Of a stretch of DNA of 64,000 nt, positions 28,937 to 37,909 are shown piece after piece. The stretch lies in the NCBI GenBank assembly GCA_002336895.1, contig DDFC01000030.1:47326-111325 (forward strand), given 5' to 3'. The stretch comes from Verrucomicrobiaceae bacterium UBA1938 (GTDB lineage Bacteria > Verrucomicrobiota > Verrucomicrobiia > Verrucomicrobiales > Verrucomicrobiaceae). The notes under the pieces were generated by a model that saw only the letters and a list, made by a program, of their open reading frames with translations, ran no database searches and was not told the origin of the DNA. Each line of letters starts with the position of its first letter. Position 1 is the first letter of the stretch. Made by a program: the position numbers and the translations under genes.

Positions 28937-29171
28937 TTATAAAAATACCGCCGGAAACCCAGCACTGCCCTCAAAAGACCTTTTCGTTACCCAGCCGCTC
29001 ATGATCCACATCAGGTAGATTCAGCACCGCGCGCTACAGCAGCTTGGCCTGCGCCCGCGCTCTGGGCTGGCATAGAGTTATGCCGTAATCAGTCGAATAC
29101 GAGTCTGCTCTGGATCACAGACTGTGAGAGAGTGCAGCAGGCTCTGGGGCGTGAAAGCAAGAAGCGCCCCA

Positions 29172-29220
29172 TTTGGAGTGCGGTTGCGGAGTGAAGAATG
29201 AACGCAGCTACCGCTTTTCG
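29172..29220. repeat. REP-like GGAGTGCGG...CCGCTTT copy
   Basis: Near-identical to reverse complement of 30456-30504. Confidence 0.7.
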
Positions 29221-29357
29221 CAGGCCGGACGGCAGGCTGAGGCCATAAAACCCTGCATGACCTCGCGTAAGCGGTGGCTCCGATGCACAACTGCTGATGA
29301 TCCTTCATCGGCATGCTGGGTGGTATGGCATGCGGCGAATGGATGACAGACCTGTTT

Positions 29358-30287
29358 TCAATGCATCGTGGTCTCAGCGCCCTCCGGAGCGGGGAAATCT
29401 TCCTCGTCACTTGCCTTGGCTTCTGTGGCATCCCCGCCCTGGTTCATGGCATGGAGAGATTTCAAATAAGCGTTGTTCGGCGTGGGCTTCACGGCACGCT
29501 CCTCGGTCTGCAGCATGCCCTGCACGCGCTGGGTGCTGCCTGCGATGAGGTCGGCGATCAGCGTGGCCTCGGGCAGGTTCTTCCAGTACTTCTTTGGCAT
29601 CTCCGACTGCATGGCGCTGATCTTTACGCGGGCGGGGTTGAAGATGTTCCTGTAGTAGGTGCGCCAGAGTTCGTCTTGCGCGTCCTCGTCCGGCGCGCTG
29701 CTGCGTGGCACGCCTGCGGTGAAATGCAGCCGCGTGCCATCCCAGTGCGCACATTCATGCGGGGTCAGGATGGACCAGTCCATGCCGGCAAAGCGTTTCT
29801 CAAAGAACGGCGAAGCCAGCCGCACGATGCGGTGCTCGGGCTCAAACCACGCCACGAACTGCTCTCGCCCGGTGGCGGCATCCGTGCCCACGAGGCGGAA
29901 GCGCACAAAGGCATGCATCTTGTGGATGTCCCGCCCCACGGCCTTGCACCAGTCCTGCAGCTGGCGCACATCGCGGTCGGTTGGCATCGATAGCAGGTGG
30001 CGCTCTCCGCCGACGGTGAGCCGCCACAGCACGCGGTACAGCATGGCCCAGCGTCGTGCATCGGTATGCGCTGCGGCACTGCGTGCCAGATCGAGGAAGG
30101 CGGGGGGCACCTTGATGGCCTGTGCACCCGGCACGGCGAACGCAGCGGGCTCTTCACGCACAAATAGCGCGGCCTCCTGCGCATCATCCGCCCACAGCAC
30201 CTCGTGCGGCGCCACACTTTGGGCCAGCAAAGCGCGTGCCGCAGCACGCCAGGCTTCAAACTCAGGTTCGATGACGACGGTGCGCAT
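29358..30287 (-). CDS. TIGR03915/DUF4130 putative DNA repair protein
   Basis: FEAWR..AR.LL, HKMHAFVRF, F..RF..M.WSILTP, LW..YY.NIFNPAR, MPKKYWKNLPEA. Confidence 0.88.
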   Translation of the reverse strand: MRTVVIEPEFEAWRAAARALLAQSVAPHEVLWADDAQEAALFVREEPAAFAVPGAQAIKVPPAFLDLARSAAAHTDARRWAMLYRVLWRLTVGGERHLLSMPTDRDVRQLQDWCKAVGRDIHKMHAFVRFRLVGTDAATGREQFVAWFEPEHRIVRLASPFFEKRFAGMDWSILTPHECAHWDGTRLHFTAGVPRSSAPDEDAQDELWRTYYRNIFNPARVKISAMQSEMPKKYWKNLPEATLIADLIAGSTQRVQGMLQTEERAVKPTPNNAYLKSLHAMNQGGDATEAKASDEEDFPAPEGAETTMH

Positions 30288-30311
30288 GCAGGGCGGAGAG
30301 GCTAGGCGTTA

Positions 30312-30504
30312 TTTGGACTGCGGCTGCGCAGTGAGGCACGAACGGAGCTGCCGCTTTCAAACGTCCCGTGGCCGTTGCAGGCTCGCTGCGGCTGCGAACC
30401 ACCGCCAGCTTCCGCCTTCGGACATTCCATGGCATGTGCATGTCCAGCACCACGCCGAAAGCGGTGGCTGCGCTCATTCTTCGCTGCGCAGCCGCACTCC
30501 CCAA
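30312..30504. repeat. Inverted REP doublet
   Basis: GGACTGCGGCTGCGCA...CCGCTTTC (30312-30358) facing GAAAGCGG...GCAGCCGCACTCC (30456-30504). Confidence 0.75.
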
Positions 30505-30606
30505 AAAAGCCTGCCCCGCGAAGGGCCATGAAAATGAGCAGCCAGCCCAGAGCCATTCGTGAAAATTCGCGGATCTTCGTGGTCATTCGTGTTGATGATC
30601 ATTTCC

Positions 30607-31899
30607 TCACAGCTCCCCCGATCTCGCGGAGATGAAATCGCCGGCGGTCGGTTTGGGCGCTGCGCCGAAGTTTATTTCCAGCTGCTCCGGCGGCGGCAGA
30701 AAGCGGGCGCGCAGGGAGTCGCTGTCCAGCCCCAGACGTGCAGGGTGGTGGTCTGCAGCAGTGATGAAAGGCAGCAGCTTCTTCATCTGCAGGCGCAGGC
30801 GAATCAGGTCGGCCAGCCGCAGCCGCGTGTAGCGCCGTGCCGCCAGGATGCGTTCCACATTGCGCACGCCCAGGCCGGGGATGCGCAGCAGCAGCTCACG
30901 CGGTGCGCGGTTCACATCCACCGGGAAGGAGGCGCGGTTTCGCAGCGCCCAGGAGAGCTTGGGATCCAGCGCGAGATCGAGATTCGGCGCAGCAGCAGAG
31001 GCGATCTCCTCCACTTTGAATTCATAAAAGCGCAGCAGCCAGTCGGCCTGGTACAGGCGGTGCTCGCGGATCAGCGGCGGGGCCTTCAGCGGCAGGATGG
31101 TGGACGGCTCTGGGATGGGGCTGAAGGCGGAGTAGTACACGCGGCGCAGGCGGTGCGCGGTGTACAGCTTGTCCGCGCAGCCGAGGATGGTGGCGTCCGT
31201 GGAGGCATCCGCCCCCACGAGCATCTGCGTGCTCTGCCCGGTGGCAAAGGGCGGCGGCTTCGGCGCGTTCGGTTTGCGCTTCTCCGCATGGCGTTCGTCG
31301 ATCTTCCCCCGGATGCGCCCCATGGCCTCCTCCGTGCGCGCGAGGTTTTTCTCTGGGGCCAGCGTGTTCAGGCTCTGCTGGCTGGGCAGCTCCACATTGA
31401 TGCTGATGCGGTCCGCATAGCGCCCCGCCAGTGCGATGAGATCCTGCGAGGCTTCGGGGATCGTTTTAAGGTGGATGTAGCCGCGAAACTGGTGCACCTC
31501 CCGCAGCTTGCGCGCCACGTCGATGACCAGTTCCATCGTGTGGTCCGCACTGCGGATGATGCCGCTGCTGAGGAACAGGCCCTCGATGTAGTTCCGCTTG
31601 TAGAAATCCAGCGTCAGCCGCACCACCTCGTCCGGCGTGAACCGCGCCCGCGTTACGTTGCTGGAGCGGCGGTTGATGCAGTAGTGGCAGTCGTACAGGC
31701 AGGCGTTCGTCATGAGCACTTTCATGAGCGACACGCAGCGCCCGTCCGGCGTGTAGGAGTGGCAGATTCCCATCCCACCAGTGGACCCCACGCCCGCGCT
31801 CCCCCGCGAATCCTTCCTCGCTGCGCCGCTGCTCGCGCACGAAGCATCATACTTCGCCGCATCCGCCAGGATTTCGAGTTTGCGGTGGAGGTCCATCAT
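30607..31899 (-). CDS. TIGR03916 putative DNA modification/repair radical SAM protein
   Basis: LADAAKYDASC, GICHS.TPDGRC, CLYDCHYC, REHRLYQADWL, HhH LLRIPGLG. Confidence 0.92.
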   Translation of the reverse strand: MMDLHRKLEILADAAKYDASCASSGAARKDSRGSAGVGSTGGMGICHSYTPDGRCVSLMKVLMTNACLYDCHYCINRRSSNVTRARFTPDEVVRLTLDFYKRNYIEGLFLSSGIIRSADHTMELVIDVARKLREVHQFRGYIHLKTIPEASQDLIALAGRYADRISINVELPSQQSLNTLAPEKNLARTEEAMGRIRGKIDERHAEKRKPNAPKPPPFATGQSTQMLVGADASTDATILGCADKLYTAHRLRRVYYSAFSPIPEPSTILPLKAPPLIREHRLYQADWLLRFYEFKVEEIASAAAPNLDLALDPKLSWALRNRASFPVDVNRAPRELLLRIPGLGVRNVERILAARRYTRLRLADLIRLRLQMKKLLPFITAADHHPARLGLDSDSLRARFLPPPEQLEINFGAAPKPTAGDFISARSGEL

Positions 31900-31935
31900 G
31901 AGCGCAGGCCAGGAGCAGGCATGCGGATCTTATAC

Positions 31936-31949
31936 TGTTCACAAGAACA
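31936..31949. promoter_or_regulatory. LexA (SOS) box, Verrucomicrobia type, within a sigma70-like promoter
   Basis: Perfect TGTTC-ACAA-GAACA lying between TTGAAA and TATAAG on the minus strand. Confidence 0.8.
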
Positions 31950-31952
31950 TTT

Positions 31953-32069
31953 TCAATCGTGAAGGTGGCCATATCGGCAGTCTTTTGGACGTTCAAAATG
32001 GCAGGCGTGTTGCCGCCTCTGAATGACAGTCAGATCCACCCTCGCTTCGTCCGTGTAAACCAGTCGCAT
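31953..32069 (-). pseudogene. Truncated ParE-like toxin remnant
   Basis: TAATG-coupled ORF MRLVYTDEARVDLTVI (ParE-like N-terminus); similarity is then lost and it stops after 38 codons. Confidence 0.6.
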
Positions 32070-32302
32070 TAGGCGATGACTGAGTCGAGTTCAGCTATGA
32101 TTTCCTCGTGGCTGTAAGAGCGTGTTTCACCGTGTTCGCGGCGCAGCACCCGGGCATCCATTTCCTCGCGCCACTGAGGCGGCATCTCATCGTCATCTTC
32201 CAGGCTCACCAGCAGTCGCTCCGCAATGTAGGAGCGCTCGGGGCGTGGCATGGCGAGGGCGCTTTGGAGAACGCTGGTGATGTCAATGGCCTCGGTGCTC
32301 AT
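32069..32302 (-). CDS. Addiction module antitoxin (TIGR02574-like)
   Basis: AL.MP..ER..IAERLL.SLE...W.EE...R pattern. Confidence 0.8.
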   Translation of the reverse strand: MSTEAIDITSVLQSALAMPRPERSYIAERLLVSLEDDDEMPPQWREEMDARVLRREHGETRSYSHEEIIAELDSVIA

Positions 32303-32411
32303 GGGATGAGTGTATCAGCCGACGGCTAATATTTTAACCGGGGATGCGGGCTAGAGAAGTAGCGGCGTAGGGAGGCTTGATGGAGATCTGAGTCCATATA
32401 TCATAGTTGAG

Positions 32412-32681
32412 ATGAACTTGGAATCGGAGAAAGATTCAGCCCGGCGGAGGGTGGAAGTATTCCTGTCTCGGTATGCGGATCACGATGCCAGCTTTGCCCC
32501 GTTGCGTTTGGCAAGGGCGTGGCTGGACGAGTTGATGAAAACCGAATTTGATCCGCTGGCTCTTGTCCAGATTCGCGATGAGGCCAAAGGCATTCAAAAC
32601 CGATTCGACATCGCTTTCTTCACCTTCTGCAATCACATCGACGGGGTGGTCAAAGAATTGACGCGCCCAATTGGAGCCTGA
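32412..32681 (+). CDS. Hypothetical protein
   Basis: 89-aa ORF convergent on DUF1501 gene. Confidence 0.45.
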   Translation: MNLESEKDSARRRVEVFLSRYADHDASFAPLRLARAWLDELMKTEFDPLALVQIRDEAKGIQNRFDIAFFTFCNHIDGVVKELTRPIGA

Positions 32682-32682
32682 C

Positions 32683-34101
32683 TCACCCCAAAATCCCCGG
32701 CACCAGCTCCCCATGCACATCCGTCAGCCGGAAATCACGCCCCTGATATCGGAAGGTCAGCCGCTCATGATCCAGCCCCAGCAGGTTCAGCACCGTGGCA
32801 TTCAGGTCATGCGTATGCACCGGGTTTTCGGCAATGTTAAAGCCAAAGTCATCCGTCTTGCCATACACCGTCCCCGGCTTGATCCCGCCGCCCGCCATCC
32901 ACATCGTGTAGGCATCCTTGTGGTGATCACGCCCCGGCGAGGTCTTGGTGCCATCCTGATTCGCCCCCTGGCGCAGCGGAGTGCGGCCAAACTCCCCGCC
33001 CCAGATCACCAGCGTCTCATCCAGCAGCCCGCGCTGCTTCAGGTCCCGCACCAGCGCAGCCATCGGCTGGTCCACATCCTTCGCCTTCGCCGTCAGTCGT
33101 TGCTTCAGGCCGCCATGGTGATCCCAGTCCGAATCAAACAGCTGCACCATCCGCACTCCGCGCTCGATCAGCCGTCGCGCCAGCAGGCAGTTGTTCGCAA
33201 AGGACGCCTTGCCCGGCTGCGCCCCATACATCTCCAGCGTCGCCTGGTTCTCCCGCGTGATGTCCATCAGCTCCGGCACGCTCGTCTGCATCCGGTACGC
33301 CATCTCATACTGGCTGATCCGCGTCGCGATTTCCGGATCTCCCATCACCCCCAGCTGCTGCTCATTCAGCGCCTTCACCGCATCCAGCACATGGCGCCGG
33401 TCCTTCGCACTCTGCCCCGCCGGATTCCCCAGAAACAGCACCGGCTCCCCGCTGCCGCGAAACTGGATGCCCTGATACACACTCGGCAGAAATCCCGTGC
33501 TCCACAGCGTCGATCCCGCCCCGCCTGCCGGGCCTGAGAGCAGCACCACATACGCAGGCAGGTCGCGGTTCTCCGTCCCCAGGCCATACGTCACCCACGC
33601 CCCCAGGCTCGGCCTTCCTCCCTGGCCAAAGCCCGTGTGCAGAAACATCTGCGCCGGCGCGTGATTGATCTCATTCGTGTGCAGAGACTTCACCACGCAG
33701 AGGTCATCCGCCACCGTGCCCAGGTGCGGCAGCAGCTCGCTCAGCTCCAGCCCGCTCTGCCCGTGCCGCTTGAATTGAAACTCCGTCCCCGCCAGCTTCA
33801 TCTCCCCGCCGATAAACGCAAAGCGCTTCCCCTTCGTCAGCTCCTCCGGGCAGTTCTGCCCGTCCATCTTCTGCAGCAGCGGCTTGTAGTCATACAGATC
33901 CAGCTGCGAAGGCGCGCCGATCATGTGCAGGTAGATGATGTGCTTCGCCTTCGGCGCAAAGTGCGGCCTCGGTGCCACCGGCACACCCGCTGCTGGCAGA
34001 TCCCGCGCCAGCAGAGACCCCAGCGCCACCCCACCCAGCCCCAGACCAGACTGCCGGAAGAACTGGCGGCGGGAGACATCGAGAAAAGCAGGCGTGTTCA
34101 T
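32683..34101 (-). CDS. DUF1501 family protein
   Basis: Tat-like [47 protein letters not shown]...GRDFRLTDV. Confidence 0.92.
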   Translation of the reverse strand: MNTPAFLDVSRRQFFRQSGLGLGGVALGSLLARDLPAAGVPVAPRPHFAPKAKHIIYLHMIGAPSQLDLYDYKPLLQKMDGQNCPEELTKGKRFAFIGGEMKLAGTEFQFKRHGQSGLELSELLPHLGTVADDLCVVKSLHTNEINHAPAQMFLHTGFGQGGRPSLGAWVTYGLGTENRDLPAYVVLLSGPAGGAGSTLWSTGFLPSVYQGIQFRGSGEPVLFLGNPAGQSAKDRRHVLDAVKALNEQQLGVMGDPEIATRISQYEMAYRMQTSVPELMDITRENQATLEMYGAQPGKASFANNCLLARRLIERGVRMVQLFDSDWDHHGGLKQRLTAKAKDVDQPMAALVRDLKQRGLLDETLVIWGGEFGRTPLRQGANQDGTKTSPGRDHHKDAYTMWMAGGGIKPGTVYGKTDDFGFNIAENPVHTHDLNATVLNLLGLDHERLTFRYQGRDFRLTDVHGELVPGILG

Positions 34102-34282
34102 GGCTGGCAGTCGCAAATAGAGAGCGTGTGTTCCCCATGAAACGCACCCAGGCACCCCGAGATTGCGCCCTCATTCACGCATCCACATCCGTTGGCGGCA
34201 GCACACAGCCGTGAGACGGGCTGCCAGCCCGTCCACCTTTCGCACTCTTTGGCCCACCACCATCATCACGCAGAACTAGTCC

Positions 34283-35311
34283 TCACAGCCACACCAGCGG
34301 CAGCGGTACGATCAGCACCACATCCGCCAGCACCCGGTACGCATCCACAGACCACCTCCTCCGCGTCGCATGCAGCAGTGCATACAGCACCAGCGCTCCC
34401 AGCGCCGCACGGGCCAGCCCGCTCAGTCCCGGCTCCAGCTCACCCATTCGCGCAGACTCCAGCAGCGCCAGCGTAAAAAGCACCGCCCCCACCATCAGCT
34501 GCATATGCCGTGCATCCGCCTTCACACCCTCCTCCCGCCGCGAGATCCCGTGCAGATTGCACGCAAACAGCAGCGCCAGCAGCACACACTCCAGCACCGG
34601 CTCCGCCAGCGTCTCCGGCATCGAAAGAAACCGCGTGCTCGTCGTGCATCCCATCGCAAACAGCAGCGCCGCCGCCCACTCCTTCGGCAGCAGCAGCCCC
34701 ATCCGCACATCCAGCTGTCGCAGAAAGGACAGCACCATCGCCCCCAGCACACCCAGGCTCAGCATAAACCGGTGCCCGCTCTCCAGCGGCAGCCGCGAGA
34801 TCAGCAGGATGGCCCCCAGCCCCGCGCACGACACAAACACATCCCGCATCACCCGGCTGCCCTGCGCAGACCACCCTGCCAGATACAGCGCCACCAGCAG
34901 TGCCAGCCCCACCGCCTGCCACAGCACTCCCTCTGGGATCACGTAAAAGGCCATCCATCCCAGCAGCACCATCGCCGCAGGCACCACCCCCAGCAGCAGC
35001 ACATGCCGGTGTCGGTGGTAAAAGGCATGCCTCACATCCAGCTCCGCCGCGTCCTTCACACCCAGCGTATCCAGCGTCCGGTCCAGCACATAGATCACCC
35101 AGCACGCCAGCGCCAGCCCCGCATTCAGCAGCGGCGTCAGCCGGATCCCATGCGCGTGCGCCAGCGCCATCTGCCACAGCACCGCTACCACCGGCGCCTC
35201 CAGGCTCAGCACATGCGGCCACAGCCACCACGGCGTCCGCCGCGCGTGCGCAGCATCATCAGCCACCGCATTCGCAGGCGTGCTGTCGCTGGCTGGTTGG
35301 GGTGCGGTCAC
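34283..35311 (-). CDS. Integral membrane protein (remote UbiA-prenyltransferase-like)
   Basis: Many TM helices; LSLEAPVVA.LWQ, W.IY..DR..D and RH.FY motifs. Confidence 0.6.
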   Translation of the reverse strand: MTAPQPASDSTPANAVADDAAHARRTPWWLWPHVLSLEAPVVAVLWQMALAHAHGIRLTPLLNAGLALACWVIYVLDRTLDTLGVKDAAELDVRHAFYHRHRHVLLLGVVPAAMVLLGWMAFYVIPEGVLWQAVGLALLVALYLAGWSAQGSRVMRDVFVSCAGLGAILLISRLPLESGHRFMLSLGVLGAMVLSFLRQLDVRMGLLLPKEWAAALLFAMGCTTSTRFLSMPETLAEPVLECVLLALLFACNLHGISRREEGVKADARHMQLMVGAVLFTLALLESARMGELEPGLSGLARAALGALVLYALLHATRRRWSVDAYRVLADVVLIVPLPLVWL

Positions 35312-35657
35312 AGGCCCCTTTCTTTAATTCCCCACCACACAAAAGCGAACACCTTCGCCCACGTTTTTTTCATCAAACCTCAGGCGCTAAGCCAAAGACA
35401 AACACCACCTGAAGAGCACGCTTATCCACACTCGCCCAAGAGCGCCCCCGCACCTCAATCGTCCTCGTCCTCCTGCTCGAACTCGTCCTCGCTCCATCCG
35501 CTCCGCAAACACCCATCCCTCCCTTATTCTCCCACTCTCCCACTGAGCACTGAGCACTGAGCGCTGCCCACCCACCCGCCCCTCACCCTCGCACAAATCC
35601 CACGCTGCACAGTTGCGGCCCCTATCCCCACGCGGCACCTTCCCTCTACCCCCATTC

Positions 35658-37430
35658 ATGATAGGCGACGACTACTTCGAACTTCGCTCCCGCATCGGCA
35701 CAGACCTCCTCGCCCTCGCCACCATCGTGCGCGAGACCGGCGGCGATCCCGAGTCCGCCGCCATTCTGGACAATCTCATCGCCTCCCTCAAAGAGCCCTT
35801 CGTCTTCGTCGTCGTCGGCGAGGTCAATGTCGGCAAATCCACCTTCCTCAATGCCCTCTTCGGCCAGGACTTCTCCTCCACCGGCGTCGTCCCCACCACC
35901 GGCAAGATCCTCTTCTTCCGCCACGGCGAAGACCACGCCATCGTCCCCATCACCCCCACCCTCGATGAAGTCCACGCCCCGGTGGACTTCCTCCGCGACT
36001 TCCACATCGTCGACACCCCCGGCACAAACTCCGTCGAAAACGAGCACCAGCTCATCACCGAGCGCTTCGTCCCCATCGCAGACCTCGTCATCTTCGTCTT
36101 CTCCGCCATGAACCCCTGGGGTGCCTCCGCCTGGGAGTTCCTCCAGAAAGTCCACCGCGAGTGGATGCGCCACGTCATCTTCGTCCTCCAGCAGTGCGAC
36201 CTCCGCTCCCCCGAAGAGATCCAGGTCATCACCGACTACATGGGCCAGCTCTCCCGCCAGCGCTTCGGCCGCGACTTCCCCCTCTTCCCCGTCTCCGCCA
36301 AAAAAGCCTTCCTCGCACGCGGTGCCGGCATCGAGCGCGAACGCCTCCTCCAGGAAAGCGGCTACACCGCCCTAGAGGCCCACATCTCCTCCATCGTCCG
36401 GCACAACTCCGCACGCCTCCACAAGCTCGCCAGCACCATGACCCTCGCTCGGCAGATCCTTGAGAGAATGCGTGCGCTCTACACCGCCGCCATGCAGCAG
36501 GCCCGCAGAAAGGCCGCCGTCCTCCAGGAGCTCCAGACCGAGCGCGAGCTCCAGGTCGACCGCACCCTCAAAAAAATCCTCCCCGCCCTCGACGCCACCG
36601 AGCGCGACTACCACGAATCCGTCCTCCGCGTCGCCGGCCTCGCCAGCGATGCCCTCGCCACCCGCAAAGCCTTCCAGCGCAAAGACGCCGACGAAACCGC
36701 CCCCGACTCCCCCGAAGCCACCCGCCCCCAGAGCCTCGACCACCGCCTCTTCCAGGAGCTCCAGCACCGCACCGGCGACCGCTGGCGCCAGGTCGGCCTC
36801 GTCCTTGAGGAGGACGTCCATCAGTTCGAACGCTACCTCTACGCCCAGGGCCGCGGCATCCTCTTCCCCACAGACGTCTCCCTTCCCGCCCACGACTACG
36901 GCGAAGACGAGAGCGAGCTCCGCCGCCGCTTCGGCACCCACATCGACTCCTCCCTCCGCCGCTTCGTCATCGGCCTCAAGCTCGATGAAGGCATCGAGCC
37001 CGGCCTCGAGCACGCCCGCGTCACCGCCCGCTGGCTCACACGCCTCATCGCCCCCGTCATCCTCGCCCCCGCCATCACCGCCTGGTTAGACGGCCCCGTC
37101 GGCGCCGCCATCGCCCTCGGTGCCGGCCTCCTCCTCCTCGCCGTCGTTTACCTCCTCACCCAGGTCCGCCTCAGCCAGTCGCGCAATGCCATCCTCGACA
37201 AGCTTGAGGAATCCTCCGTCACCCTTCGCGCCCTCCTCCACAAGCAGGTCACCGACGACGTCACCGCCTCCTTCACCCGCTTCCTCGATACCCTCACCCC
37301 AGCCCAGGCAGACGCCGCCCAGGCCGAGCACCAGCAGGCCGCCCAGGTCGAGCGCCTCCGCCTCCTTGGCGACTCCTTCACCACCCTCGAGCACCAAATC
37401 CAGACCCTCACCCCCGCCGGCGGCAGATAG
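35658..37430 (+). CDS. Bacterial dynamin-like GTPase
   Basis: GEVNVGKST, DTPG, QQCD G4 variant, PVSAK; helical stalk and two TM helices. Confidence 0.82.
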   Translation: MIGDDYFELRSRIGTDLLALATIVRETGGDPESAAILDNLIASLKEPFVFVVVGEVNVGKSTFLNALFGQDFSSTGVVPTTGKILFFRHGEDHAIVPITPTLDEVHAPVDFLRDFHIVDTPGTNSVENEHQLITERFVPIADLVIFVFSAMNPWGASAWEFLQKVHREWMRHVIFVLQQCDLRSPEEIQVITDYMGQLSRQRFGRDFPLFPVSAKKAFLARGAGIERERLLQESGYTALEAHISSIVRHNSARLHKLASTMTLARQILERMRALYTAAMQQARRKAAVLQELQTERELQVDRTLKKILPALDATERDYHESVLRVAGLASDALATRKAFQRKDADETAPDSPEATRPQSLDHRLFQELQHRTGDRWRQVGLVLEEDVHQFERYLYAQGRGILFPTDVSLPAHDYGEDESELRRRFGTHIDSSLRRFVIGLKLDEGIEPGLEHARVTARWLTRLIAPVILAPAITAWLDGPVGAAIALGAGLLLLAVVYLLTQVRLSQSRNAILDKLEESSVTLRALLHKQVTDDVTASFTRFLDTLTPAQADAAQAEHQQAAQVERLRLLGDSFTTLEHQIQTLTPAGGR

Positions 37431-37900
37431 GTCGGGACGCTGGTCCCCAGCCTCCGCCCAGTGTCCTCCCGCCTCCTTCTGGAAAAAAGGCAGGCAGGCT
37501 TGTCCGCAAGCCTCCGTCGCATCTCCCACAGCCTCCCTCATCCCACATCGGCAGCCGTGTCCCCTCTGCCTCAGTTCGTGAGACAGGCTGCCAGCCTGTC
37601 CTTCCAGCACCCCGCCACACTCCCACCTCCGCATCCCGCATCGCCCCCACTCCTTGCTGGGAGCGCCGGTATTCTACCGGCTCCGGAAAGCCCCGCCACA
37701 CCCTCACCCCCGCGTCCCAGCATCGCCCTCTCCGGCAATTTACAATTTTCAGTTCCCACTTCTCAGTCCCTCCCCACACCCGCGCTCCTCTCCCACACCC
37801 CAAACCCCTCCGACAACTTTAAACTTTAAACCTCAAACTTTAAACTCAGCCCTCAAACAACCGTTCAGCCACCGTCAACGACTGTAAACTCCCCCTGCCT
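37431..37900. repeat. Composite intergenic repeat cluster
   Basis: Modules shared with 39201-39790: GGGACGCTGGTCCCCAGCCTCC, GGGAGCGCCGGTATTCTACCGGCTCC, AAACTTTAAAC, CACCGTCAAC. Confidence 0.7.
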
Positions 37901-37909
37901 CTTCGTCCC

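Noticed and set aside
28940-29357. Possible UdgX/UDG remnant downstream of DUF4130 (ORF 29078-29431)
   Set aside because: No UDG motifs in the minus-strand translation; part of the interval is explained by a REP copy and hairpin
35422-35430. Perfect DnaA box TTATCCACA (and TTATTCACA at 15498)
   Set aside because: Isolated single boxes with no cluster, unwinding element or dnaA; not enough to call oriC
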